Part shown: positions 1-8,544 of the stretch, in pieces
Numbering within the stretch: position 1 is the stretch's first letter
Layout of the letters: each line of letters starts with the position of its first letter
From: Synechocystis sp. PCC 6803 substr. PCC-P
GTDB lineage: Bacteria > Cyanobacteriota > Cyanobacteriia > Cyanobacteriales > Microcystaceae
Length of the DNA: 32,000 nucleotides
Assembly (NCBI RefSeq): GCF_000284455.1
Contig: NC_017039.1
Span: 3,150,001 to 3,182,000, forward strand
Reading direction: 5' to 3'
Notes under the pieces: generated by a model
What the model saw: only the letters and a program-made list of their open reading frames with translations
The model's database searches: none
Told to the model about the DNA's origin: nothing
Program-made: the position numbers and the translations under genes

Positions 1-66
1 TTTAGCCAATAATTAGCAAACTGATAGGTTGATTAGTTTAATAAATTCAATAAAAATCAATAAAAG

Positions 67-645
67 TTAACTGGAGGCAGCCCGGGGAGTAGTCATCAGA
101 CGACCCACAATAGCTTGGGCATCCAATACCACATACATTACCCCTGGAGGGCTGACCCAAAATCCCCGCACGTAGGGCGCAAGGTCTGAACCAATGCTGG
201 CGGCAGGGGGAGATTGAATTTGATCCGTTTCACACCAGGTAATGTCCTTTACCTCTGTGACCACCAGTCCCAACATCTGGTTGCGTTGACCCGGCGATCG
301 CCTTCGTTGGCTGGGATCAAGGTCGAAGGGGACGCCTCCATTTAAAATGATAACCCGATAGTTGGTACGGGAACCAGATTGGAGGTGCCAAGAGGTTAGC
401 CCTAAAAAAGCGCCAAAATCAATCACCCAGAGCACGTCTCCCCGCCAATTATGAACCCCCATGGTCCAGGAAGGCATGTGGGGAATGGGGGTGATTTGTC
501 CCAGGGGCACCGTCAGAATCTCCGTTAACTGAAACAGAGGCAAAATTAAGTTGGTGTCTGGTTCGAGGGTAAATTGCAAAAACTGCTGGCGGGGGACTTG
601 GATATCACCCAGCATGGTATCAGAGGAAAAGGTGTTGGCTGGCAA
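67..645 (-). CDS. pixI: CheW-like coupling protein of the phototaxis (tax1/pix) chemotaxis-like cluster
   Basis: 192-aa ORF with a CheW-type core (HNWRGDVLWVIDFGAFLG). It lies directly downstream of, and co-oriented with, a CheY-like and a PatA-type regulator, as I remember for Synechocystis sll0038-sll0040. The longest ORF starts at TTG 643-645, which has AGGAG 8 nt upstream. The first ATG (613-615) has no visible SD. Confidence 0.8.
   Translation of the reverse strand: MPANTFSSDTMLGDIQVPRQQFLQFTLEPDTNLILPLFQLTEILTVPLGQITPIPHMPSWTMGVHNWRGDVLWVIDFGAFLGLTSWHLQSGSRTNYRVIILNGGVPFDLDPSQRRRSPGQRNQMLGLVVTEVKDITWCETDQIQSPPAASIGSDLAPYVRGFWVSPPGVMYVVLDAQAIVGRLMTTPRAASS
294..301. repeat. HIP1 octamer GCGATCGC (representative of 26 perfect copies found by hand)
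   Basis: Start positions of the perfect copies: 294, 1551, 3170, 4766, 5399, 5749, 9016, 9790, 12320, 12731, 14540, 16583, 21604, 21970, 22346, 22633, 23641, 24531, 25023, 26291, 26930, 28061, 28427, 30920, 31343, 31758. Many one-mismatch variants also occur. Confidence 0.9.
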
Positions 646-782
646 AACAGTTGCTCCTAAAAACCGTCCCAGGGGGGACCGGAAAAATCAATCAGCTTTA
701 GTAACAGCTAATTCGTCCATCGGCTCGGGCATTGGTTAGCCGGAAAAAATTAACCGGAAAGAAAGCATGGGGGATATAAAGT

Positions 783-1142
783 TCAGATAAATTGCTTGAT
801 TACCGTGTTGAACTCCTCTTGGTCAATGGGTTTAGTAATATAGGCGTCCGCCCCTTGGCGTTTGCCCCAAAATTTATCCATATCCGTGGCCTTAGTGGAA
901 CAGAGGATTATTGGAATACTTTTAGTCCGGTCTTTGTCTTTCAATTCTCGACAAATTTCAAAACCACTGCGCCCCGGCAGCACAATATCTAAGATAATTA
1001 CGTCCGGCACTGCCTGGGAAAGTTTTTCCAGGGCTTCTTCTCCACTGATGGCGGTGGTGACGTTAATGCCTAGTTTCTGACAAAAATCACTGATAATTGA
1101 ACGTTCTGTAGAGGAATCGTCAATAACAAGTGCGCTGCCCAT
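783..1142 (-). CDS. pixH: Single-domain CheY-like response regulator
   Basis: 119-aa receiver domain with an acidic pocket (VIDDS), a phospho-acceptor context (VIILDIVLPG) and the conserved Lys (YITKP). Position between the PatA-type regulator and the CheW-like gene. Confidence 0.85.
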   Translation of the reverse strand: MGSALVIDDSSTERSIISDFCQKLGINVTTAISGEEALEKLSQAVPDVIILDIVLPGRSGFEICRELKDKDRTKSIPIILCSTKATDMDKFWGKRQGADAYITKPIDQEEFNTVIKQFI

Positions 1143-1279
1143 AATGTTGCCTCAGTGCTTAATTAGTCGAAAAGTGAACGGTAAATAGTAAACAGTTATA
1201 GATCCTAAACCAAACCGCAAAAGTATTGGCCTGGAATCAAGGGAGACTCCACAATTTTCCGGGGCCTCCTTGGGTCAAG

Positions 1280-2488
1280 TTATTCCGCTGGCAGCGATGC
1301 CTGGTCATGGAGATGTTTTTTAATAGTCTGCAAAACCATGTCCGGGTTGACGGGCTTACTTAAAAAATCTGTGGAGCCGACCATTTTGGCCCGCACTCGG
1401 TCAACAATGCCATCATTGCCGGTGAGGATGACAATGGGAGTACTTTTGAAGATGGACAATTTACGCAATTGCCCACAAATTTCGTAGCCATTGGCGTTGG
1501 GCATGACCAAATCGAGGAAAATCAAATCCGGCTTCCGGGCCAGAAGAATGGCGATCGCCCGTAGGGGATCATTGATTCCTACAAACCGATAATTGGCTGT
1601 AGTAAGAATTTTTTCCATGGTTTGGCAGATCAAAGGACTGTCATCCACACAGGCGATCAGGGGACCACTGGGCACATCAGGCTGAGCCACCACGCCCCTC
1701 ACTGGGGGCGCAATGGGCGGGGGCAAATCGGGAATTTTAATCAATTCCACCAACCCCAACTGTAGATAGGGCAACAAAGAAGTGGTCACACTCAGCACAT
1801 CTCGCTTCATCCGCACCGACAAGTCCCGAAGGGACTGATTACCATCCAGCAACTGTTTGAGGGTTTGGTATACCTGGGGAGTGGTGCGTTGCTGTAACTG
1901 TTCCGCCTGACGAATGATAGGGGCCGCATTGGGGGAGCGGTCTGCAATCTTGGCCCCCTGCCATTTGCTCCATAACTGCTGGGATTCCGCAATCATCTGA
2001 TCCGCGTCAATCAGCACCAGCCTAGTGGAAAGCAAATTATCCTGGCGTAGATCACAGGCCACTTCCATGGATTGGGTAATGTCAAACAGTACTTCCACCA
2101 CCGTGGCCCGAATCAGCCGAGCGGCCTGCTCCCTGGTAACTTTCTGCTGAGCTACCCAGTGGCAGAGCAGTTGATATTCCCAGCAAATTTGTAAATCTTG
2201 GGGATCAATGCTGGCCAAATCGGTTTGCACCGAGGCCAGGTTGGCGGCAATGGGGGGCAGATAGGAAGCAATTTGTCGGCGCCAACGGCGGACGGAGTGA
2301 ATCCCCCCGGTGGCATACATGATCCGACCCATGTAGAGATAAAAAGACCATTTCTCCCCCGTTGCACTGGAGAGGATTAGTTGGCCGCTAAAACGGGGTT
2401 GCTTCAGTCCATCAAAGAAACTGGCCTGCCTGGAGGCAGTAAATTCCTGAATTGGAACTGAGTGGGAGGAGGGGGTGGGAGCTGTCAT
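1280..2488 (-). CDS. pixG: PatA-subfamily response regulator (N-terminal PATAN-like domain plus C-terminal receiver)
   Basis: 402 aa. The C-terminal receiver shows CVDDS, LIFLDLVMPNANG and FLSKP. The long non-receiver N-terminus is typical of PatA-type regulators. It is the first gene of the pixGHI order. Confidence 0.85.
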   Translation of the reverse strand: MTAPTPSSHSVPIQEFTASRQASFFDGLKQPRFSGQLILSSATGEKWSFYLYMGRIMYATGGIHSVRRWRRQIASYLPPIAANLASVQTDLASIDPQDLQICWEYQLLCHWVAQQKVTREQAARLIRATVVEVLFDITQSMEVACDLRQDNLLSTRLVLIDADQMIAESQQLWSKWQGAKIADRSPNAAPIIRQAEQLQQRTTPQVYQTLKQLLDGNQSLRDLSVRMKRDVLSVTTSLLPYLQLGLVELIKIPDLPPPIAPPVRGVVAQPDVPSGPLIACVDDSPLICQTMEKILTTANYRFVGINDPLRAIAILLARKPDLIFLDLVMPNANGYEICGQLRKLSIFKSTPIVILTGNDGIVDRVRAKMVGSTDFLSKPVNPDMVLQTIKKHLHDQASLPAE

Positions 2489-2737
2489 TTAATCAAAGGA
2501 AGAGGCAGGTCAACAGCAGGAGGGGGGCATATCTATAGCTTGCCCTGAAAGGGGTATGGGTCGCCAAAGTACGCAAGAAAACTTCATCGACCTCACCGAG
2601 GGGACTTTGGCAAAAGCTTTTGTATTAACCATTATCGCACAAGATTAAATAGGATTACCAGGATTGATCCCTGCCATCAACGGTGTAAATGCGGTACAAA
2701 AAGGAGACAGTTACTAAGGCAAACTTCTCCAGCCACC

Positions 2738-4492
2738 ATGCTCCCTACTCTCCCCCATCTGCACTACCAAGTGGCGATGCCAACGCCCCAGACCCACTAC
2801 TTCACCGTGGATTTGCATATTCAAGGCTTCACTGCTTCTGTACTAGAACTGAAATTTCCCGTCTGGACACCAGGGTCCTATCTGGTAAGGGAATATGAGC
2901 GCCATTTGCAGGACTTCCAAGCTCAAGGTCTCAGCAACGGCGAATATTTAGAGCACCAAAAGTTGGGTAAGGCCCATTGGGCCATTGCCTGTGGAGAGGA
3001 AGAAAATATTGCCATTTCCTATCGCATTTATGCCGATGAACTAACCGTAAGAACCAATCATTTGGATTATAGTCATGGTTTCTTCACCGGGGCAGCATTG
3101 TTTTTCTACTTGCCAGGACATACCCACAGGCCTCTAGCCTTGACCGTTGTTCCTCCCGAACCGGCTTGGGCGATCGCCACGGCCCTGCCCTGTAAGGCAA
3201 CGGATTCAACTACGGGAGCCAAAACTTTCTATGCCCAGGACTTTGACACGTTGGTAGATAGCCCGGTGGAAGTGGGGATTCATCGGGATTACGCCTTTGA
3301 AACCCAGGGTAAGGAGCACCACTTTGTGGTTTGGGGTGAAAGTAATTTGAATGGGGAACAGTTAGTTAGAGATACGGAAAAAATCATCGCCGTTGAAGCA
3401 GGACTATTTGGGAATTTACCCTACGACCATTACTGGTTCATTCTCCACACTTCTAACCAGGGCTATGGCGGCTTAGAGCATAAAGATTCCTGTGTGCTGA
3501 ACTATGACCGCTTTGGCTTTCGAGATCCGGAAAAATACCAACGGTTTTTGCAACTGGTGGCCCACGAATTTTTCCATCTTTGGAATATTAAGCGTATTCG
3601 TCCCATCGCTTTGGAGAAATTTGACTACGACCAGGAAAATTACACCCCTTCCCTCTGGTTTTCCGAAGGCACCACCAGTTACTATGACCTGCTCATTCCC
3701 CTCAGGGCAGAAATTTACGATCGCCAGACCTATTTAAAAAATTTGGGCAAGGAGATTACCCGTTACCTAAAGACCCTAGGGCGCTTGGTGCAACCTTTGG
3801 CGGAATCTAGTTTTGACGCTTGGATCAAACTCTATCGTCGGGATGCCAACAGTGATAATAGCCAAATGTCCTATTACCTCAAGGGGGAATTGGTAACATT
3901 AATGCTGGATTTACTGATTCGGGAACGACACCAAAACCAGCGTTCCTTTGATGATGTTTTGCGAGCAATGTGGCAAGAATTTGGGCGGGAAGAAATTGGT
4001 TTTACCCCGGAACAATTGCAGGCAGTAATTTCCAGGGTGGCGGACACGGACTTAACTGAATTTTTCCATACCTATCTCCACACCACGGCGGAACTTCCCC
4101 TCAATGATTATTTGCAACCCTTTGGCTTGGTTATTAAGCCCATGCAGGAAGATTTAACTCCCTATTTGGGCATTAAGGTTAAATCCGAGGCCGGCCAGGA
4201 AAAAATTACCTTTGTGGCGGCCCATTCCCCCGCCGCCATGGCTGGCATTAGCCCCCAGGACTTGTTACTGGCCATCAATGGTGTACGGGTTGGGGCCGAA
4301 CAGCTTTCCCTGCGGCTGAAAGACTACCAAGCCAATGATATGATTCAGTTAACGGTGTTTCATCAGGATCTTTTGCGAACGGTGGATGTGGTGTTGGCAT
4401 CTCCCCAAGCAAACCGTTATGAAGTGGTGCCCATAGCCGACCCCTCGGACAGCCAACTTCAAAATCTGGCGGGCTGGCTAGGTGAATCCTAA
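2738..4492 (+). CDS. M61-family (glycyl aminopeptidase-like) zinc metallopeptidase with C-terminal PDZ domain
   Basis: 584 aa. HExxH zinc motif in VAHEFFHLWN. The C-terminal part (GIKVKSEAGQEKITFVAAHSPAAMAGISPQDLLLAINGVRV) looks like a PDZ domain. Confidence 0.75.
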   Translation: MLPTLPHLHYQVAMPTPQTHYFTVDLHIQGFTASVLELKFPVWTPGSYLVREYERHLQDFQAQGLSNGEYLEHQKLGKAHWAIACGEEENIAISYRIYADELTVRTNHLDYSHGFFTGAALFFYLPGHTHRPLALTVVPPEPAWAIATALPCKATDSTTGAKTFYAQDFDTLVDSPVEVGIHRDYAFETQGKEHHFVVWGESNLNGEQLVRDTEKIIAVEAGLFGNLPYDHYWFILHTSNQGYGGLEHKDSCVLNYDRFGFRDPEKYQRFLQLVAHEFFHLWNIKRIRPIALEKFDYDQENYTPSLWFSEGTTSYYDLLIPLRAEIYDRQTYLKNLGKEITRYLKTLGRLVQPLAESSFDAWIKLYRRDANSDNSQMSYYLKGELVTLMLDLLIRERHQNQRSFDDVLRAMWQEFGREEIGFTPEQLQAVISRVADTDLTEFFHTYLHTTAELPLNDYLQPFGLVIKPMQEDLTPYLGIKVKSEAGQEKITFVAAHSPAAMAGISPQDLLLAINGVRVGAEQLSLRLKDYQANDMIQLTVFHQDLLRTVDVVLASPQANRYEVVPIADPSDSQLQNLAGWLGES

Positions 4493-4587
4493 TGCCCTGG
4501 AAAACACGGGTAGCACACTATTCCCCTTTGGATGACCGGGGTTAAGTCCAGGGAGTAGGGAGTACAAGTCTTTTTTTTGATTTTCTG

Positions 4588-5505
4588 ATGCACAAGTTTT
4601 TGCCGATCGCCTACTTTGAAGATAAGTTTGTCCCGTTTGAGGATGCCAAAATTTCCGTTGCTACCCATGCCCTCCACTATGGGACGGCGGCCTTTGGGGG
4701 TTTGCGGGGTATTCCCGACCCGGAAGATCCGGGCACCATTCTACTATTCCGTCTGGACCGCCATGGCGATCGCCTGAGTAAGAGTGCCAAGTTTTTGCAC
4801 TACGACATCAGTGCAGAAAAAATCAAGGAAGTTATTGTTGATTTTGTTAAGAAAAATCAGCCCGATAAATCCTTTTACATCCGTCCATTGGTGTACAGTT
4901 CCGGTTTGGGCATTGCCCCCCGTTTGCACAATCTGGAGAAGGATTTCCTGGTTTATGGCTTGGAAATGGGGGATTACCTCGCCGCCGACGGAGTTAGCTG
5001 CCGTATCAGTTCCTGGTATCGCCAAGAAGACCGGAGTTTTCCCCTAAGGGGCAAAATCAGCGCCGCCTACATTACCTCTGCTTTGGCTAAAACGGAAGCG
5101 GTGGAATCGGGCTTTGATGAGGCTATTTTGATGAATTCCCAAGGTAAGGTCTGTGAAGCCACCGGCATGAATGTTTTCATGGTACGGAATGGGCAAATTG
5201 TTACCCCCGGCAATGAGCAGGACATCCTCGAAGGGATTACTAGGGATAGTATTCTCACCATTGCAGCGGATTTGGGCATTCCCACCTGCCAACGCCCCAT
5301 CGATAAATCGGAATTGATGATTGCCGACGAGGTATTTTTGAGTGGTACTGCGGCCAAAATCACCCCGGTTAAAAGGATTGAGAACTTTACCCTGGGCGGC
5401 GATCGCCCGATTACAGAAAAGTTACGCTCCGTGTTGACAGCGGTGACGGAAAACCGGGAACCCAAATATCAAGATTGGGTATTTAAAATTCCTTTGAATG
5501 GCTAA
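4588..5505 (+). CDS. ilvE: Branched-chain amino acid aminotransferase (PLP fold type IV)
   Basis: 305 aa, with length and motifs typical of class IV aminotransferases (YIRPLVY, EAILMNSQGKVCEATGMNVFMV, GITRDS). Confidence 0.9.
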   Translation: MHKFLPIAYFEDKFVPFEDAKISVATHALHYGTAAFGGLRGIPDPEDPGTILLFRLDRHGDRLSKSAKFLHYDISAEKIKEVIVDFVKKNQPDKSFYIRPLVYSSGLGIAPRLHNLEKDFLVYGLEMGDYLAADGVSCRISSWYRQEDRSFPLRGKISAAYITSALAKTEAVESGFDEAILMNSQGKVCEATGMNVFMVRNGQIVTPGNEQDILEGITRDSILTIAADLGIPTCQRPIDKSELMIADEVFLSGTAAKITPVKRIENFTLGGDRPITEKLRSVLTAVTENREPKYQDWVFKIPLNG

Positions 5506-5561
5506 TTTTTCCTGGCAAGATTAGCGCCTTTAAACTGAACTTAAAGAATTAGAGTTAACCC

Positions 5562-5876
5562 ATGTTGGATCAAAGCCAAGTTCAAAAAATTGCCCACCTG
5601 GCCCGTTTGGAAATTACCCCGGAGGAAGAAAGTCAATTTGCTTCCCAGTTGAGCAGCATTTTGGACTACTTTGACCAATTGAACGAACTGCCCACCGAAG
5701 GAGTGGAACCCACCACCAGGGCGATCGAGTTGAGCAACATTGTCCGGGGCGATCGCCAAATCAGTTGGGACGGAGACAATGCGGCCACCACCCGCCAAGC
5801 TCTGCTAGATAACGCCCCGGAACCGGAGGGAGACTTTTTTCGAGTCCCCCGTATTATGGGCGGTGACGAAGCTTAA
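5562..5876 (+). CDS. gatC: Glu/Asp-tRNA amidotransferase subunit C
   Basis: 104 aa with the classic GatC N-terminus ([37 protein letters not shown]) and PTEGVEPT. Confidence 0.9.
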   Translation: MLDQSQVQKIAHLARLEITPEEESQFASQLSSILDYFDQLNELPTEGVEPTTRAIELSNIVRGDRQISWDGDNAATTRQALLDNAPEPEGDFFRVPRIMGGDEA

Positions 5877-5933
5877 TTTAGTCTAGTCACCAGGTGGAGA
5901 TTAACTTTTTTTCCCGTTGGTTGATCAACTTGT

Positions 5934-6944
5934 CTAGGGAGCCTGCCAAATTTTTTCGTGGTAGGCCGTGGGCTCGATGTAAGTATCGACCCATTCCCCG
6001 TGACTGTGGCCGTGGTCGTGACCATGATGGTGATGTCCGTGGCCGTGATCATGACCATGGCCCTGATTTTTAAAAGCGAGGCGAAACTTACAGGCCTCAC
6101 AATTCATCGCCACCTGTCCCAATTGGGTTTCAATTTCCCGTTCCCGCACCAACGCCAATAACTCCGGTTGAATGCCCATTTCCGACAGGGATTGAATTTC
6201 AATCTCGGGAAAAGTGGCCCGTTGCTCCTCAGTGATGGTGAAAATTTTCTTCACCAAGGCACCCATAAACAAAAAGTAGGGCAAAACAATAATCCGCTTG
6301 GGTTGATATAACCTCGCCCGACGGAACCCTTCTTCTAAGCGGGGATGGCTAATGCCAATGAAACAGGTTTCTACAGTTTGGTAGCCACTGCCTTCCCAGA
6401 GCATGCGGGCCATTTTATACACATCACCGTTGGCATCGGGATCACTGGAACCCCGACCCACAAACAACAGCACCGTATCTTGGCGGTCAATGCCCTGGGG
6501 ATTGGCTTCGGGACTATCCAATTGATTCAACCGTGCTTTCCACAAATCAAGAATGGCTGGGGTAATGCCAAAATGACGACCGTAGAAAAAATTGATCTGG
6601 GGATGGGCTTGGCGACTGCGGTCTAACTCATTGGTGACATCGAATTTGTTATGGCGGGCCGCAAAGAGCAAAATGGGCAGAGCGGAAATTTCCTCAAAGC
6701 CCTGGTCTACACATTGCTGCACCCCGGCCTGGATATTGGGTTCCGTCAACTCCAAAAAACAGGGGATCACCGGGCGGGAATGGTCTAATGCTTGGTACTG
6801 GGCCACAAAATCTAAAAATGTTTGGCGACCGTCTTCGTCCCTAGTGCCATGGCCAATCATCAGTAGGGGTCTGTGATAGGGAAGGGGGGGAAGCTCAAGT
6901 TCAGGAAAAAGGGAAACAGGGGCGGGCACACTGGTTAAGGTCAT
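5934..6944 (-). CDS. cbiX: Long-form sirohydrochlorin cobaltochelatase CbiX(L), with Fe-S motif and His-rich tail
   Basis: 336 aa with two CbiX-type half domains ([10 protein letters not shown] and [14 protein letters not shown]). The C-terminus carries MNCEACKF (MxCxxC) followed by [22 protein letters not shown]. Confidence 0.85.
6000..6062 (-). repeat. His-rich low-complexity coding tract in the CbiX C-terminus
   Basis: The reverse complement of 6000-6062 translates to [21 protein letters not shown] (translated codon by codon by hand). Confidence 0.9.
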
Positions 6945-7177
6945 TAGAATGATGGACTGATAAATAACAAAAAAATCGAGCTAGGCCCACTGAATCCAAG
7001 GCAGTTCAGGGGATTGCTGGAGAAGGACCACAACGGATAACATCCAGACCTAGACTAGACCGCCGACATAGAAATTGCGGTAAGTTGATTGGGCGGATTT
7101 GACCCCAGCCATGGCTCATTATGCCAGGGTTGCTTGGTACTGGACTATGCCCAGGGAGAGCATCAGCACCGCTAAGC

Positions 7178-8479
7178 TCAACTGTTTTCCACTGGAGCAA
7201 AGATGTTTAAGCTTTTGGGCAGGCATTTAACCTCCACTGGAGTAGTACCAATGATTTCACCGTCAACGACAATTTTTTGCGGGGGACTGGTGGTCACTTT
7301 AATGCTTTCTCCATAGAGATGCAGCACGTTTTCATTATCGCTGGGATTTTTCGACAGGGCAGAAGTGAACAGGTTAGTTACTACCTGCAGACCCTGTAAT
7401 GCCGTTTGACTACTGGCCACGGTGATGTCGAGCAACCCATCGGTGAAGGATACCTGCCCTGCTCCCTGGGCAAACACAGAAGTGGGAGGGGCCGCATTGG
7501 CGATCGTAATGGCGCTAGCTTCCATGGTGGTGGTTTCTGAGTCAATTTCGATGTGGGCTTCAAACAACTCCTGTTCCCTGGCCTGTTGAATGCCAGCAAA
7601 AATGTAGGCCATCACCCCCAGATTATTTTTCAGTTCCCGGTCTGCTTTTTCCACCATTTCCGCCTCAAAGCCGACCCCGGCCAACAGGAGCATGGGAATG
7701 TCGTTACACAGGGCCGTATCCACCACTTTGGTGATGCCCCGGTTGATGGTTTGGCAGGCTCCAGGGATTTGGGTGGGAATGCCCAGGGCAACGGAAAAAG
7801 CATTGGCGGTACCCCGGGGGATAATGCCCAAGGGAATGCCGGTGTTGACGAGGGCCGCCGCTACGCCGGATACGGTGCCATCACCGCCGGAGGCAATGAT
7901 AAAGCTATCTCCTTCCCCGTCCGATTGTTCGTTGGCCTGCTTGATTCGCTTAACAATTTCCTTGGCTTGGTCGGTGACGTTGACTTCGGCACTGGTGAAA
8001 GTAATTTTGAGATTAATTTCCGACTGTAAATGCTCTTTGATTAAATCTAGCTCCCGCTCCACATTGCCCTGGCCTGCCACGGGATTAAAAATTAGATGGC
8101 CAGTTTTAGTTTTACCCAATAGTTTAATCACTGCTTTGGCGGTGGCTAAATTAATAGCTAGGGGAACGTTGTACACTTCACAAAGCCTTAACAGGGTCCG
8201 GATGTCCGGCTCGTGGGGTTGAGCATAGAGAGGGTCAATCAAAAAAATGACGGCAGCAATGGTCCCATCGATGATTTGGGTGGCAATTTGGGTGTCCCCC
8301 CCCAGGGGGCCAGAAAAAACAGTATCCACGGCCAAGCCGGTTTTGTTCCTCACTAATTCCCCTGTTTGACCGGTGGCGATGAGGTCATAGCGAGAGAAAA
8401 GGGATTTATGCTGTTGGACAAAATTAACCAGAGCGTCTTTTTTGTTGTCGTGGGCGATAAGGGCTATATGGGCAGCCAT
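7178..8479 (-). CDS. Two-domain protein: N-terminal methylglyoxal synthase (MGS) domain fused to a diacylglycerol-kinase/YegS-type kinase domain
   Basis: 433 aa. The N-terminus resembles E. coli MgsA as I remember it (HIALIAHDNKK, IATGQTG, SGPLGGDTQ, PHEPDIRTLLRL). The C-terminal two thirds carry the DAGK catalytic motif (IIASGGDGTVSG) and VVDGEIIG near the end. Confidence 0.8.
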   Translation of the reverse strand: MAAHIALIAHDNKKDALVNFVQQHKSLFSRYDLIATGQTGELVRNKTGLAVDTVFSGPLGGDTQIATQIIDGTIAAVIFLIDPLYAQPHEPDIRTLLRLCEVYNVPLAINLATAKAVIKLLGKTKTGHLIFNPVAGQGNVERELDLIKEHLQSEINLKITFTSAEVNVTDQAKEIVKRIKQANEQSDGEGDSFIIASGGDGTVSGVAAALVNTGIPLGIIPRGTANAFSVALGIPTQIPGACQTINRGITKVVDTALCNDIPMLLLAGVGFEAEMVEKADRELKNNLGVMAYIFAGIQQAREQELFEAHIEIDSETTTMEASAITIANAAPPTSVFAQGAGQVSFTDGLLDITVASSQTALQGLQVVTNLFTSALSKNPSDNENVLHLYGESIKVTTSPPQKIVVDGEIIGTTPVEVKCLPKSLNIFAPVENS

Positions 8480-8544
8480 GGTGTTTCCAGATGGTGGAGT
8501 GGAGAGTTGAAGCGTTACCTTAAATTCACAGGTTCAGATTCACA

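Noticed and set aside
1143-1279. The pixG-pixH and pixH-pixI spacers are both exactly 137 bp
   Set aside because: The two spacers share no sequence similarity by eye, so the equal length looks coincidental.
2685-2697. NtcA-like site GTA-N7-TAC upstream of the M61 peptidase gene
   Set aside because: The NtcA consensus is GTA-N8-TAC, so the spacing is off by one. There is no obvious -10 box at the proper distance.
6945-7177. Possible cobalamin riboswitch in the 233-bp leader of cbiX
   Set aside because: I reverse-complemented the region by hand. It has no B12 box, no GCCACTG, and no AGGGAA or GUGAAAAUCC-type conserved segment. Only a vague 'GGGGTCAAATCCGCC' resemblance remains. An Infernal scan is needed for certainty.
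7553-8222. Two long + strand ORFs (158 and 176 aa) antisense to the MGS/DAGK gene
   Set aside because: They lie entirely within a well-supported minus-strand CDS. Their translations are low-complexity (Gly/Ala/Pro/Arg-rich), typical of shadow ORFs.
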